DNA of 64,000 nt from the human T2T-CHM13v2.0 reference genome, Homo sapiens. The first letter of the stretch is position 1. Each line of letters starts with the position of its first letter. This document shows positions 38,871 through 52,740 of the stretch, piece by piece. Made by a program: the position numbers and the translations under genes. The stretch is taken from NCBI RefSeq assembly GCF_009914755.1, contig NC_060926.1; one strand, written 5' to 3'. Below the pieces are notes generated by a model. That model ran no database searches. It was not told where the DNA came from and saw nothing but the letters and a program-made list of their open reading frames with translations.

Positions 38871-40348
38871 AATATTGCAGTATTCTCCTAAATGTATCAT
38901 GCTGCTCAATTTAAGCTAGAATAATTCTCGTGTACTAGATAAAGCCTAGATGCTTTCAGATTTGTATTAGTTCAATTCCATTCTCCTATGTGTTTCGTTT
39001 TTTTTAATTGTGGGAGATAAAAACATAACATTGATCTCAAATAATAGAATTATGAAAACAAGGTAATTCCTGCCTCCTAGAGCAATTATCTCCATGTAAA
39101 ACATTTTTCTAGGACCCCTTTCAGTAAACCATTTGTGTTTTGAATCAAATACATCCTGCCTCCCTTCAACCCTTGGTGTCCCACTATTTCCTACCATCTA
39201 GGATGTCAAAAAGTTGATTTCAGTTGCCTATAATTCATAGGAAAACTAAGGAGATGCTTTTTAACAAGATGTTACTTTTGGCTAATGCTGGTCACTTGTT
39301 ACCAATTGCTCTACCAATGCTTGCATGAGTAACTAGATCTGCTACTTGAACGGATTTCCAGAGAACTTCAATATCACCAGCTGCTCACTATTAACTTCTC
39401 ATATATTTTAAATGCCTTAATTCCTGAGATCCTTATATATGTGTCAAATTTTAGCTCATCTATGTCCTGTGGTAAGCTCAATTGGAAAAAAATTCTCAAT
39501 AGAAGCTGATTTTGGCATTATGTATTTACCATATTCTCCTAACATCTCCTTTCTGTGAAAGTAGCATTTAAGGTATTGAGACTTTATAGTAAAGTCAGAA
39601 ATTTGCAATAATAGCATTTCCAGTCACCAGGGCTTGTGTGAGGTGCATTTGTTTTTCAGTTAATATATTCTAAACTTCTTCAATTTTATTTTCATTTCGG
39701 AGTGCAGAATTGAGGGTGGGTTACATCTAGTGACACAGCATCTGTAATCCTATGCCACACTCTTCCACTGCCTCTTGCTATAAATTTCCTTGACCTGAAG
39801 ACACTTGAGTTATCTCCTGGGGAATCTTCTCACATATACTATATTAAACCAGACCACAGCTGACTTGATACTAGCTATTGGGCGTGACTTTTCAGTCTCT
39901 GGAAAAGACACAAAAAGTCCACTAACAATCTTTCCTTGGCCCTGGATGCAGAATGGAATTTGGCAACTGGTCTAGGACTATCAAGCTAGTTCTGATCCTA
40001 ACAATATATAGCTAGAACCTCGCTAGTTTCAGAAGAATATGAAAAGCTCAGTTATTTTGTTAAAAGAAGCAATCTTTATTACATAAATTCAAGCAAATGT
40101 GTGCAAATTAGCCTGTAATACCAGACCCACTGCATCTATATAGTTTGAGGTCAAGCTTCACTAGGACCGTTAGGCTACATAAGGTTGTCTGGACCCACTG
40201 GAGCCCAAAGTTTGCTTGTTAGTATCCTCGCAGGCCACCAACTTTGTTAGCACTTGTCTGGTTCCCATTATCTACCTAGTTCCCTGTGCCTTTCCTGAAC
40301 CTGTACATCCTATTCAAGTTTGCTAAGTACTATGTTGTTTTGCTTAGG

Positions 40349-40566
40349 CAGGAGCACTCAATCTTTTGGCTTCCCTGAGCCACACTGGAGGAAGAATTGT
40401 CTTGGGCCACACATAAAATACACTGACACTAATAATAGCTAATGAGCTAAAAATAAAAATCACAAAAAACTCATAATCTTTTAAGAAAGTTTATATATTT
40501 GTTTTGGGCTGAATGAAAGCCATCCGGGGCACATGTGGCCAGAGGGCCATGGGTTGGACAAGCTTG
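40349..40566 (+). mobile_element. MER30 (hAT-Charlie MITE), full length
   Basis: aatcttttggcttccctg...tgtcttgggccacacataaaatacact...gggttggacaagcttg; both flanks contain gcttag. Confidence 0.92.
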
Positions 40567-40649
40567 GCTTAGAAGCTGGTGTATATAGTTCCACTGCTAC
40601 AGAAACAACCATTTGTCCTTAGGTAAAAAAGTTGCAGTGACAAACCAAA

Positions 40650-41063
40650 GTCAAAAATTCCCTCAAACGTCTGATGAATGGATAAACAAAATATTGTATA
40701 TTTACACACTTGAATATGATTCAGCCATAAAAAGAATGAAGACATGATTTATTCTAGAACATAGATGAACCTAAAAATATTATGCTAAGTGAAAGAAGAC
40801 ACAAGACCACATATTGTATGATTCGATTTGTATTAAGCGTCCAAAATAGGAAACTACACAGGGACAGCAAGTAGATTAGTGGTTGTCACAGCTGGGGACA
40901 GGGTGAATTAGGAATGACTGCCAATAGGTACAAGGACGTCTTTCTGGGCTGATGGAGATGTTTTAGAATTAGTGGTAAGGAGTGCACAACTTTGTGAATA
41001 CATAAAAAGCATTGAATTGAAAAAATTTTATGATATGAGAATTGCATCAATAGAAAGAAGAAA
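40650..41063 (+). mobile_element. L1MB7/8-like 3' end
   Basis: gatgaatggataaacaaa...tatgctaagtgaaagaag...gcacaactttgtgaatac. Confidence 0.85.
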
Positions 41064-42049
41064 GGCTTAAAACTATATAACACTGCTAAAAACCTCCTAA
41101 ATTGATGAGTCACATGAAAAACAAGTGTGCAAGTTTACAGAAGCTTTTTCATCAAGCATCTGGCATTCTCCATGGGTTAAGCCATTCCCCAGCATGTCAG
41201 CAAGGCATAAAGCATCAATGATTACCTCAAGCTCAGAGAAATTCTCTGCTATAAGTTAGGCATATCCAAAGAACAAGATAGCAAGGTATGCTATATGAGA
41301 TATCATCCTTACTCATTGTTATTCAAATGTCAGCAAGAACCATAAACAACACAATAAAGACGACAAATACTTGAACATGGAATAGAAAGTAGGGTTATGT
41401 TCCCATGAAACAAACCATTTCTTCTCATTTTGGAGCGCCTAGTTTACCCTTTGAAGCATTAAACTCAGAGTTCAGAAGCATTTACAGAATTTACTCTTGA
41501 AGTATTAAATATATGCAGCTATCGTGAAAAATAAAGGAAAATTCCCACGTGGCCATTGCCTAGCATAGCACCTTCCCAGCTGACAGCCATGCACATCAGC
41601 TGTGCCATAAGCATCAAACTCCAGACATAATTTGTATCTCTCAGAATGCATTCCAAATTCTTTTCTTTAAGATGCCCAGCCTAATAAACCAGATACTGGG
41701 AATTTAAGGTGACCCAACAGACACACTGCTTTTTTTTTTTTTTTTCCACCTGAGTTTGAACCAAGGAAGAGGTAGTGGAAGAAACAGTAAGTAAATCAGA
41801 GTAACATATTTATTAAAAAGTTAAACTTTGACCAAGAGCAATCAAGAAAACGTGTCTGCTCTCTTCAAGTAGGCAAGGAAATTCCTAAAGGAAGCGAGAA
41901 AAGGGGATGAGAATTTATCCCTCACCTATCCTTCAGGCAACTGGAAGGGAGGAAAAAAGATGGAGAGGAGAGGGATGGAAGTATTTCTCCATTGGGTGCG
42001 TGGTTAAATGGAAGAAAACATCAGCAGTGGGGTGGTATGTCCTTTCTTC

Positions 42050-42210
42050 CAACATTATAACATGCTTAGTTTCAAGTGTTTTTTACATTTTGTTCAATTT
42101 AATCCTGACAACAAACCCATGAGGCAGGCACATTTACTGTGTCCATTTTACAGATGAGATAACTGAAGCTCGGCCAGGGCAAATTATTTGCAAGAGGTCA
42201 CACAGAACAG
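42050..42210 (-). mobile_element. MIR
   Basis: aatcctgacaacaaacccatgagg...ccattttacagatgagataactgaagctc. Confidence 0.75.
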
Positions 42211-42399
42211 CTGGTCTCTACCACCAAAGTGGTCTCTTTCGAGATAAAATTAAAAAACAAAAACAAAAAACCCCACTAAACAGATCCCGGGGGAAAGAAA
42301 GGAGTAAAATTAAATCCTCATAAGAAAGAATAAAGTACAGAACTTCCACTACAAAAAACAGCAAATCAGTGTTGTATAGGTAAACATCGGAATGAAGAA

Positions 42400-42590
42400 A
42401 AAGGTCACAGGAATGAATATGAAGAAAGAAAAGAATAGATAGGAGAGCAAAGACCAGAGAGCTAGTATATGAATAATAGGGGTCCCCAGAGAGGAAAGCA
42501 GAACAAATGAAGCTGAAACAACAAAATCACAGCAGAATATTTTCCTATCCTGTAAAAATAAATTGCAGTTTTCAGATAGTCTTGCCATGT
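42400..42590 (+). mobile_element. HAL1 / old L1 ORF1 fragment
   Basis: gaataataggggtccccagagaggaaagcagaacaaatgaag. Confidence 0.45.
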
Positions 42591-42599
42591 TTTGAAGCA

Positions 42600-43460
42600 A
42601 AAATACATTTAATAACACTGAGCACTTAATATATTGCTAGAAAGTTATTATATATATTGTTTAGTACTTTGATAAGAAAGAGATAGCAAAATATAGTCCT
42701 TTCCCTCAAGGGGCTAAAAATCTATTGGAAAAAGCACATAAAAATATAATTGTTTAATATATGGCAAAGTCAGTGATGGACATAATGTAGGTTTGTTGTA
42801 GCACCAAAGCAAGGCAAAGTATTGGTTAAGGGCTTAATGTGTCTATGGGAGCAGGCATCCAAGACAATATGAGATGTAAATAATGAATTATGTCCAAGCA
42901 CTAGATGAAGGGAGATGGAAAGCATAGCTATTCAAGACAGCAGGACAATGTGGAGGAATATATAATAATAACCAGATAATATTCTATGGGAAAATACACA
43001 GTTTCTTGTTTCTGGATCAAAGAAATCCAAGGTGGGAGTTAAGAAGCTCAGGGCCAGAAAAGTGGGCAAAAGTGAGTTTCAACGACTGTGTGTGCCATGT
43101 TGTGAAGTAGACACTTTATTCTGAGGTGATAGAACATCACTGAAGAGTTTTTTGTAGGGTAAGGAAAATTTTCATGTGACATGAAGCACTGTTTACTTCT
43201 CAGAGGGTGTACTAGAGAAAAGGAGACTAGTTGAAAGGCTATTGCCAAAGTCTGGGTAAGAAATAACAAAGACTCAGGATAGAAGGGAGTAGTTACAGCA
43301 GAAAACAGGATGGATGTGAGAAATGTTCAGCTGTGAAAATAGAATTAAGTAACTCATGGATAGGCTGAAGGGTAAAATGGGTAAGAAGGGCTCAGTGATG
43401 CCTTCTGTATTTCTAGCTTGATGACTGTGTTATGAGGCTGGAACATGATGAACAGAGAAA
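42600..43460 (-). mobile_element. Degraded L2
   Basis: tagtcctttccctcaaggggc...gagactagttgaaaggctattgc...gtatttctagcttg. Confidence 0.6.
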
Positions 43461-44089
43461 TAAAATGTTGCATATTAAATTTGTAATCCTCCCTAAGAGG
43501 AGATGCAAAGTTATTGTTTTATTCTTAATTTTGATAATTACTTAAATATAGGTTTGACTGCCATTTAACAAAATCTGAAACTCGTCACTAGGAGAATTAC
43601 ATGTTTGTCAACATGCCAAAATCCCATAGAAAATTATTTAAAAATATAGCCCATGTGGTCAAATGCTGAGCCAGATGAAAGAGCAAAGTGGCAAAAACAA
43701 AACAGAAAAAGCACACCCAGAAAGCGTGAAACAGGATTACAGAATTTAATATAGGCAGAGTTTTGAAAATAAATGTACTTTAAACACATTCATTAAAAAA
43801 AAAAAACTCTCAAATTGGGTTAACAATATACAACTTCTTGGATATTATGGCAGCAGCCTGGTCATGCCTGACTTACCTTTCATCACTTTCAGTTAAACAC
43901 TCCAAAGTGTCCAGCCCGAGATAAAAGCTGACAGCAACACAGCTGGTTGATGAAAAGAGAAGCCCATATTCAAATTCCAGTACTAAGCCCGCTGGCAGGA
44001 CGTTTGATGAGATGTTCCCAGAAGCACAAACTTGACCAGAGAACAGTCTTCTCTCTGGAAAAAAATTGATTGTGAAAGTCACCTTCCAC

Positions 44090-44700
44090 CTTCCACTACC
44101 TGGCTGTCTCCCATCCCACATCCTGGACACGTTTCAATGTACTCTATCTCAGTCAAGGGCACAGCGATCTATCCCGTTTTTATACCTGGCTCCTAACACT
44201 TTCTGTATTAGTCTGTTATCATGCTGCTAATAAAGACATACCAAACACTGGGTAATTAATAAAGGAAAGAGGTTTAATTGACTCACAGTTTAGCATGGCT
44301 GTGGAGACCTCAGGAAACTTACCAATATGGTGGAAAGGGAAGCAAACATGTCCTTCTTAACAGGAGTGCAGGGGAACTACCCTTTATAAAACCATCAGAT
44401 CTCGTGAGACTTACTCACTGTCATGAGAACAGCACAGGAACCTCATGATTCCATTACTTCCCATCAGGTCCCTCCCACAACACGTGGGGATTATGGGAGC
44501 TACAATTCAAGATGAGATCTAGGTGACGAACCAACCAAATCATATCACTGTCCCTTTCCTCATGCCTGCTATCCAATCTGTCAGCAGTTCTGAGTATTTT
44601 ACCTCCAAACTCTTTTACATTTGATTGCTTTTCTTTCTACCACCATCACCATAGTCCAAGCTACTTTCACTCCTGAACTTCTTAAGCAATTCCCCCACAA
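44090..44700 (+). mobile_element. L2 fragment split by THE1
   Basis: ctatctcagtcaagggcac before and atccaatctgtcagcag...acctccaaa...ccatagtccaagc after the LTR. Confidence 0.55.
44204..44547 (-). mobile_element. THE1B/C-like MaLR solo LTR
   Basis: tgtattagtc...gaggtttaattgactcacagtt...ccatcagatctcgtgaga...catatca; TSD ctttc/ctgtc. Confidence 0.93.
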
Positions 44701-45813
44701 TCTATTTCTTGCTCTTTCATTTATAAAGGTTTTCCTGGAGTGCCAGAGTTACATTACACGTGCATGTCACTCTTTTTGGCACCATAGAGACCAAAGTACT
44801 GAACAAGACAAGATCCCTGGTCTGAAAGAGCCTACGTTTTAGTTAGATTGACAGCTAGTGTCTGCTTGTATTACCTTTCACCAGGTAAGCTACTTGCTTT
44901 GGGGAAAACCAAACAGGATAAAGGCTGGGTCCTTCGTGAAGAAAAGATCTTGGAGAAAGTAGAGTACAGAGACCATAGCCGAAGTCTTGGTAGAATATGG
45001 TTGGCTTGAATGGGGCTATCACTGGGAGTCCTGGAAAATACAAAGCAGCAAAAAAGCAGAAAAAAAAATCACTAAAATTACACAAAATTTACTGGTAGCA
45101 AGCACAATGCATCGTATACATATTGTTTTCTTTGAAAATTTTGATCTAACAACTTTTGATCTAACACTCTTTGGAAACTAAAAAAGCAATACTCACACAT
45201 GTGTAAATATTAGATAGTTAAGAATATTCTTTGCAGCACTACTGCTGCAAGATATGGTAAGAAAAGGATTAGCTCAGAATATATTTGCAGAGAAGAGCCA
45301 TGGAATTTGAACTGGACGTGGAATGTGAGGGAAAGAGGACTCCTTATTGAATGAAAGAAAGGTGATACTAAATTGGTGGAGCTATTTGTTTGAAGTGTGA
45401 GACTTGGGGAAGAAGTCTGCTGCACAAGTGGAAATAATTCAATGGTATTCTTGGACTTTTTTTGATAATAGAGAGATACTAATATTTTGTACATATCAAC
45501 TTTTGTAGAAAGTCTTAAAATGTCTTAATCCACTTTACACTTTATTAAGTGGAGTCTAATGAAGAAATTGAGTATTTATTTTCTGCCTGATGCTCTTGCG
45601 AGTCATTATCGTTGTTCTGAATATCAGTTGTCACTATTCAGGCCTCTGACATGAGATATGCAAGATGAAGGAGATTCTAGACAAATAGAAGAACCACAGT
45701 GCTTGATTTCAAAATTTTCAAAGAAAACAGTATGTATACGGTGCACTGTGCTTGCTACCAGTAAATTGTGTAATTTTAGTGATTTTTATTCTGCTTTTTT
45801 GCTACTTTGCATT

Positions 45814-46122
45814 TTCCAGGACTCCCAATGATAGCAAAATCTGTGGGTCCTCAAGTCCCTTGTGTAAAATGATGTGGTATTTGCATAAACTATGTCATCA
45901 TCTCATATATTCTAAGTCATCTCAAGATTACTTAAAATACCTAATACAATTTAAATGCTGGGTAAATAGTTGTTATACTGTATTGTTTCAGGAGTAATGA
46001 CAAGAAAAAATGTCTGCACATGTTCAGACAGATACAACCATCCATATTTCTTCTGAATATTTTCAGTTCACAAATCGGTTGACTCCAAATAGATGTGGAA
46101 CCCATGGATACCAATTGACTAT
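45814..46122. mobile_element. MER2-family (Tigger-derived) DNA element, one end missing
   Basis: ctcaagtcccttgtgtaaaatg...aatacctaatacaat...aatgacaagaaaaaatgtctg...tgtggaacccatggatac. Confidence 0.85.
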
Positions 46123-46129
46123 TACAGTG

Positions 46130-47700
46130 TAATAATTTTGTGTGCTTATTCAGCTATAATATGTAAATACATTTTTCACTTTTTAAGATCCAGGTACTAC
46201 TTAAATATTCAGAATCAAGATATGAAAGTGCTTCCTAAGACTCTCCTTCAGATACCCATGTCAGGAAATTCAGATGTTCACATTTCACTGTATATTGTTC
46301 TGGGGATTTTCCCCATGCCTTCAAATATGTCTATCATGTCTTCTTAAGTTTTTCTAAATATCTGTATCTACACAAATATATATCTTTTCAATGAGCTCAC
46401 ATGATATGTACCATTTTAAAACTTGCATTTTTCATTTGATAATGTCTGAATTTACTTCAGCATTGAAACATATAGTTATCCTTAATTATTAAATAAATAA
46501 AAAATAAAGCAAAATAGAACAAAATCTGCCTCATATTTCATAGAATGGGTTAAACATCATTTATGTAAACATTTCTCCATTGATTTATAGTTCTTTGTTT
46601 CCTATTTACTAGTAAAAGTAAAAGTAGTGCTGCAAAGACTATTCTTAACTATACAATATTTGTACATATGTGAGTACTGATTTTTAGTTTCCAAAGAGTG
46701 TTAGATCAAAAGGTATGCACACTTTCAATTATTGCCGATACAGAGTTGACCTTCTTAAAGAATTACCAATGTAAAGTCTTATCATTAGTGCATAAAAGTG
46801 TTCCTTTCTTCAAAGCTGATCAGTAGTTGATTATCATAGGTTAGTTTTGGGGGTTTTATTTGTTTGGTTTTAGAGCATATGTGATGGAAAGTGTAAGAGA
46901 GAGCAGAAATCTAGATTCCCGTAAACCCCTTCAGGGTCTTCAAACCTTCTATTTGACATAGGCAGAGATTTTTCTCCTTCTTAAATAAAGTGCTTTACAA
47001 ATAGAGTTTTGAAGCTCCCTTTCTAACCAGATTGCTTTTTATATTGCCTTTTCAACTCAATAGTTATTTAAAAGACAGTGTAAAACTTCCCAAGTTAATA
47101 GATTCTATGGTAGTCTAATTTATGTTTAATTTGTATTTTTTTGGCTGCCTGCACTTGAAGAATATGGTTATAATTTACTGAGCTCTTTTTTAAGCCATCA
47201 TATATGAGAATATGTTTCATGTGTATTTGAATGAATGTTTATTTTCCATTTGCAGGGTATGGTGCTTTATTTTTCAGGGTAAGACTTTCTATTTGCAATG
47301 TGGTTGTTTTATTTAATTCTTGATACCCTTATTTGCTTTTATTTATCTATTTGTTTTGTCCAATACAGGGAGATGACACTAAATTCTTCAGTAATGATTA
47401 TGGATTTCTCATTCTCGTGTTTTTTAATGAGATTGTTTTAAATATTTCAAAGCTATAATAGCAATTTTAAAATATCTTAAAATATTATAGCTTTTTGGGT
47501 GAATCCATTTGTACGTTTTATTTTGTCTAGTTTACAACCCTGTATTCCTTTGCATTCTATTTAATCTTATTTTAACTCTATCATATCATCTTTTCTTCCC
47601 TCATCTTTTGCTTGGCATATCTTTCTCTAAACCTTCATTTTCAAGTCATTGAAGTATCTACATATGATCTTTAAAAAAAATCTTGCTTGACCTTTAAATC
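46130..47700 (-). mobile_element. Old L1ME-like fragments (3' end ~46130-46840; ORF2 5' part ~47050-47700)
   Basis: gtgctgcaaagactattctt...gatcaaaaggtatgcac; gattatggatttctc...ttgcttggcatatctttc. Confidence 0.55.
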
Positions 47701-48303
47701 AGAAGATTTGTATCTTCAGTTATTTTTTGATGCTTTCTTATTCTACTTTCTGTTCTCTTTAGCTGGATTTTCTGAATCTCTCCTTCATGTCTCTTAAATT
47801 TCACTCTCAGACTTTCCACCTACTTTTCCTTGTATGCATAATTGGAGAATTGAGGCGAATCCCTTGGCTATATCTTCCCAGTAACTAATTTTCTTTGTAT
47901 CTATGTACATTCTGCTTCTTAGCCTGAGTGTCGTGACTCTGATTATGGAAGTCATGTATCGTGATACCCCAATGTACACCAATTTGACTGTCAAGAATTC
48001 TCAAAACTCAGCCAAAGAATACTGCTTTGCATTTGAATTGTGTAGACTTCATGAGTATCTGATTACCATAAAAGGATCTCAGCTTTATAGTTGTTGTGTG
48101 TTATATTTTGTGCTTGACTAAGAATACTCAAATTTTCACAATTTACTGCAATGGTAATTTCATGCAGAATGATCATTATAATAAAAAACTCTTTGAAAGT
48201 GTGATATAATTTGTATTATTTCTATTGATTCATTTTGTACTTTAGAAATTGATTCAGATTTTTAATGAAAGGGTGACTTCACAAACGTTGGGTAAAATGT
48301 TTT

Positions 48304-48449
48304 TTGATTGTTTGTTTTAGAGACAGAGCCCTCCCTCTGTCACCCAGGATGGAGTGCAGTGGCATAATCATAGCTCACTGCAACCTCAAATTCCTTACCT
48401 CAAATGATCCTCCTGCCTCAGCCTCCTGAGTAGCTGCCATTGTGCTCCA
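48304..48449 (-). mobile_element. Free right Alu monomer (FRAM-like) with small internal deletion
   Basis: gagacagagccctccctctgtcacccagg...atcatagctcactgcaacctc...gagtagctg|ccattgtgc; 15-bp TSD tgggtaaaatgtttt / tgggtcaaatgtttt. Confidence 0.85.
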
Positions 48450-50439
48450 TGGGTCAAATGTTTTGTTAGTATTTCTTAAGTGTACAGTATCTCGTATCTA
48501 CACAAGTGTTTATTGACAGTAAGTAACCAGCTAGATTATAGACTAAAAATACAAGAAAAATGCATTGTTATTTTATGTATCAATAGCTAATACAAATTAT
48601 CAAAGCAATTATCTCCACTTTAATATAATTTGGTGCTATTTTAGTATAAAAGTACGTCAAATTGGGTGCTCAGGAATACATACTTTTTTCACTATTGAAA
48701 CAAAAAATTTCCTAAAGATTTTTAAAATAAAGTCGATTACTCCCCAAATATGGGAAAAGACATCTCTGGTTGTCTTCTCACCTTAGCTTTTATGATTCTT
48801 GCTCTGCCATTGAGGGATAATTTTGAAATGCCTGGTCTGTCTTCAGTGACTCCAAGGGAAGGAGGAGCTTGCCAGAGATAGTGGATAGTGATCACCCGAC
48901 TACCTGGTATGCTGACAACTCTCTGGAAATTAGGACCTTTCGGGGACAATGCTCTGTCCCTGGAGCACCATTCTTCTTGCCTTGGTAAAGATGGAAATCT
49001 CTCTGCATCCCACTGCTGCACGCAATCCAGAAAAATTCAGTTGGCTTGGCTGTCGAGTTCTCCAAATCATCCCCTATTCAAGTTCTATCCTTCCCTTACT
49101 GCCCAGGATTCTATTAAGCCTGGATTTAAAGTTCCTCAGAACTGCCCTTGACTCTGCAACAGTATTCCTCTATGAGTTTGGCTATATTTTCTCTGGGTTT
49201 GCTTTTACATAGATCCAATTCTGCTTGTCATCTATCTCTTACGAAGTCCTGGAACTTTCTGGTTTGTTAATAGCACTGGGATAGTAATTTATTTTAGAAG
49301 CACATTTTCTGCCCTTTCATGTGATTTGTGTGTAGTTGGGTCAGGGTTGACATAAATGCTTAGAGATCATCTAAGCCAATCTCTTCCACATAAATATGAT
49401 TTATAATTTGAAAAATTGCTTTTTTGAAAGATGATTATAATTTCTTTAAAAAATCGTAATTACTATTCTCCCCTTCCAAAAGTTAAGTAAAATATAACTC
49501 AGCCACTGCCTGCTCCCAGAGAGGAATCTAGCTGTCTGTGTAGAGCTGATGAATATTTGATATTTGTGATAGAGATTATAAAATGCTTTTTATTACTAAC
49601 TAATTAATGACTGCTCTGCCATTGTCATCCTAAGCAAGTAGAGAGCAGTGGGAAACTAACCTGAGTGAAATGTGAATAGGAAAGAAGACTTGGAGGTGAC
49701 AGATTTTATTTTTAGGCTTTCTGTGTGCTGCTTAGCACTACAGACTATAGCCACTGCGAGGTGAGCTGCAAAGGGCTTGCTGGGCCCACTTTCCCCGGTT
49801 GCACTTAGAACAAAGGCAGCATTGCGAAGTGCTGGCTGCATTCTCTGTGCTGACTGTGCAGAAGGGCCTCATAATGACATCAATAGTCGCTCAAAGCCCA
49901 GGGATTTTTCTTCTCTAAAATATGTCTCAGAGTCAAGGAAAACTTACTGCTTGATATTCTCCAGGTCCTGCAGGCTGCTTTTGTCCAGGCATTATTTGTA
50001 ACTCCTATTGTATTTGTTAGGCAGAACTTCATGGAAGATGTTTTATTTTGCTTTCCTAATATGCATATTTTTGACAACCTCAATTAACAAGAATTAAAAC
50101 AGAACTTTCAGTTCAGTGGCTTGGCTTTTGCCTTTAGCTATATATCCATTTCGGGATGAAGAGAAAGTCTTGGCAAAAATGCATGATTTGGTTCAACATA
50201 ATACAACACCACACGATATACATGCACATACACATTGCAACAACTGATGTAGCCTAGCAGGTACATTTCAATGAAATATTCTATGATTTTTGTGCCTTGA
50301 GCAGTAAAAAATGATCCTCAAAATGATGCCCTTAAGAATATGCAAAGATAGCCAACTGATCAAAAAAGAAATATTAGAAATTGTTCACCATAGTCTCCTT
50401 ACTCAGCAGGGATGTGAATAAAAAGAGTTGTACCTATGG

Positions 50440-50714
50440 AAGACTTTGCCCAGTAGGAAGTCTAGTCATAGAAACACTGTCACTAGCAACTAGTGACCTG
50501 GCAGGCAGTCAGCCAGGGGGATAACTACTTTGACCTCTCTCTTCTTTGCCCTTCCATTTCCTGCTGGTGTCTCACAATAGCAGAAAACAACCAGAATCCA
50601 GAGGGCAGGGGATCCTGGTGTTGCAATTCACAGATGCCACCATCTCAGAGCCTTGAGCAGAGTGAAGAACTGTGGAGGGAGGGTCTGATGTACAAGCAGA
50701 GGATACCCACCTCA
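50440..50714 (-). mobile_element. LTR33-like fragment
   Basis: ctgctggtgtctc...aaccagaatccagagggcaggggatcc...gagcagagtgaagaa. Confidence 0.6.
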
Positions 50715-51099
50715 GCATGGCAGGGGATAATGATCTCTCTTCACCAATACTTGGATATTCTTTATTTTGACTTCAGTGAACGATGGGTTTGCTGGTGCCT
50801 GTCATTTCTATTAGTAGCACTTCTTACCTGGATACACTGATTCCAACTTTTGGTGATTCCCTGGGATCCTTTTTTTCTCAGCTCTGACTTGGAAGCACAG
50901 AAGATTTCTCAGTTTCCAAATCATGTGACAATACCTATTTGCTTTTGTGAAAATTAAGCTTCTGAATGATTAGTAAATTCAGACCAGGTCACAGCTAATA
51001 CGTGGTAGTAGATCCGGGGTTAAAATCACTGTCTATTTGGCTCCCAAGTAATTGCTTTTTCACTTGTCTTAAAAGTCCATCTTTCTACTTTACTTACTT

Positions 51100-52500
51100 A
51101 ACTTAGTTTTCACACTCTTCATTTTTTCCTGGAGTCAATCTCTTAAAATTTCTTAGTGGAACGCTCCACTTCATATTCTCTTACCCTTCTTCTCCATCCA
51201 TTTATGATATTGTAACCAGTCCTTCTCCAAAATCCTCAGTTCTTTCAACTACTTGAACCCAAGCATGTGACAGATCCCCAAGCTGGGACCATCAGACCAT
51301 CTTTCTTCTTTGGAAACAAGTCATAAAATCAGATGTAAATGCTCTACTCTATAGCAATGCTTTCTCTTCCCATATGTGTGTACAGAGCAATTTTAAATGC
51401 CCTTTCCCCCTTTTCGATTTTAGATTTCCTTTTGTATCCTCTGAAGCCAAACCTTAACTGACTTCCTTAAGAAATCAAAATAATTTATGTTTCTCTCCCC
51501 TACGATAGATGACTTGCTTCCTATCACACTGAGAAAATAATGACCCTCAGCCATGAATTTATTTTACTTTCATTCTACCTAAAATTCATTGATATTTTCA
51601 TCAGTCTTTGTCTCCTTGCCTATGGATTCCATTCAATGAAATCCAGTAAACCTTTATTTGAGCACATACTGTGAGCCAGTCAATGTGCAGCATCCTTGGA
51701 TATAAAGATTGATTGTGTACAAAATGGCAGAAACTGTGTCCAGTTGTTCTCCATTTGATTTGAGTGGAGCAGAGGAAGTGAGAAGACAAAATTGTGGCAG
51801 ATCTAGGTACAAGAAAACTAAAACACATATACTAAGTGCTGTTATAGGCACAAGGGCAAGGTACTGTTGATTCCAGGGACAAAGCAGCTATCCTCACCTG
51901 GGGGAGTCAAAAGGATGATTCACAGAGGAAGGGATATTTTCTCGGTCACTCATGACATCCCCACCGATCCGTTCCAATTTCTTCTCTACTCCTCTCATGG
52001 GAATTATTTTTTTTCCATTTCACTTGGAAATTGTAAAACCTCTACAATTTCTGTAAAATAAAGTCCATCCTCTCTGGCATGCCTTTAAGAGGCACTAGTT
52101 ACATTGCCATACTTTTGCTTTCCGTCTCTACTCCTCACAGTTTCCTTCTTACATTCTGGACTCCAGCCATCCTACAACACTTTCCGTCTTCCAAATATCC
52201 TTATTGTCCTTATCTGGTGTTCTTTGCATAGAATTCTTTCTCCCTAATTTTTCTACCTGTACAAATTATCTTCTTCTCCAAGGGCTAACTAAAATACCTC
52301 TAAAAAGATTTACCTGATTTTTCAGTCATAGGCACTGTTAGTCTCTCCCTTGTCCACACTCTTATCACACTTTATTTACATCTCTCTTACAATACAGGTG
52401 ACTTTAACGATTTCTTACCTGGTTTTCTGCTTAATTTTTGAATGCAAAATCCACAATTCATGCATTGCTTCTCTACACGTTTCCTGGTATATTGTGAGTG
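51100..52500. mobile_element. L2 cluster: plus-strand L2 with an opposite-strand L2 3' end at ~51630-51940
   Basis: gatgacttgcttcctatcacactgagaaaata (+); tttatttgagcacatactgtgagccag...ttcacagaggaagg (-). Confidence 0.5.
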
Positions 52501-52579
52501 TTCCGAAAATCTGTATTGACCAACATTAAAACATGCATAACCGCAAATACATACACATACATATATTTTGAAGTAAAGA

Positions 52580-52740
52580 CGCGACTCCAGTACTGGCTGA
52601 GTAGTATTCAGACGATTTGTGAATCCTTTGAGTCTCAATTTTCTTAGCTGTAAATGGGCATTATAATCCCCTACCAACTTTACATCACTGTTGTGCAAAA
52701 ATCTATGTGAAACTGCTTTTAAAAAAGGTAAAATGAGTAT
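52580..52740 (+). mobile_element. MIR
   Basis: tgagtctcaattttcttagctgtaaatgggcattataatccctacc-like core. Confidence 0.55.
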
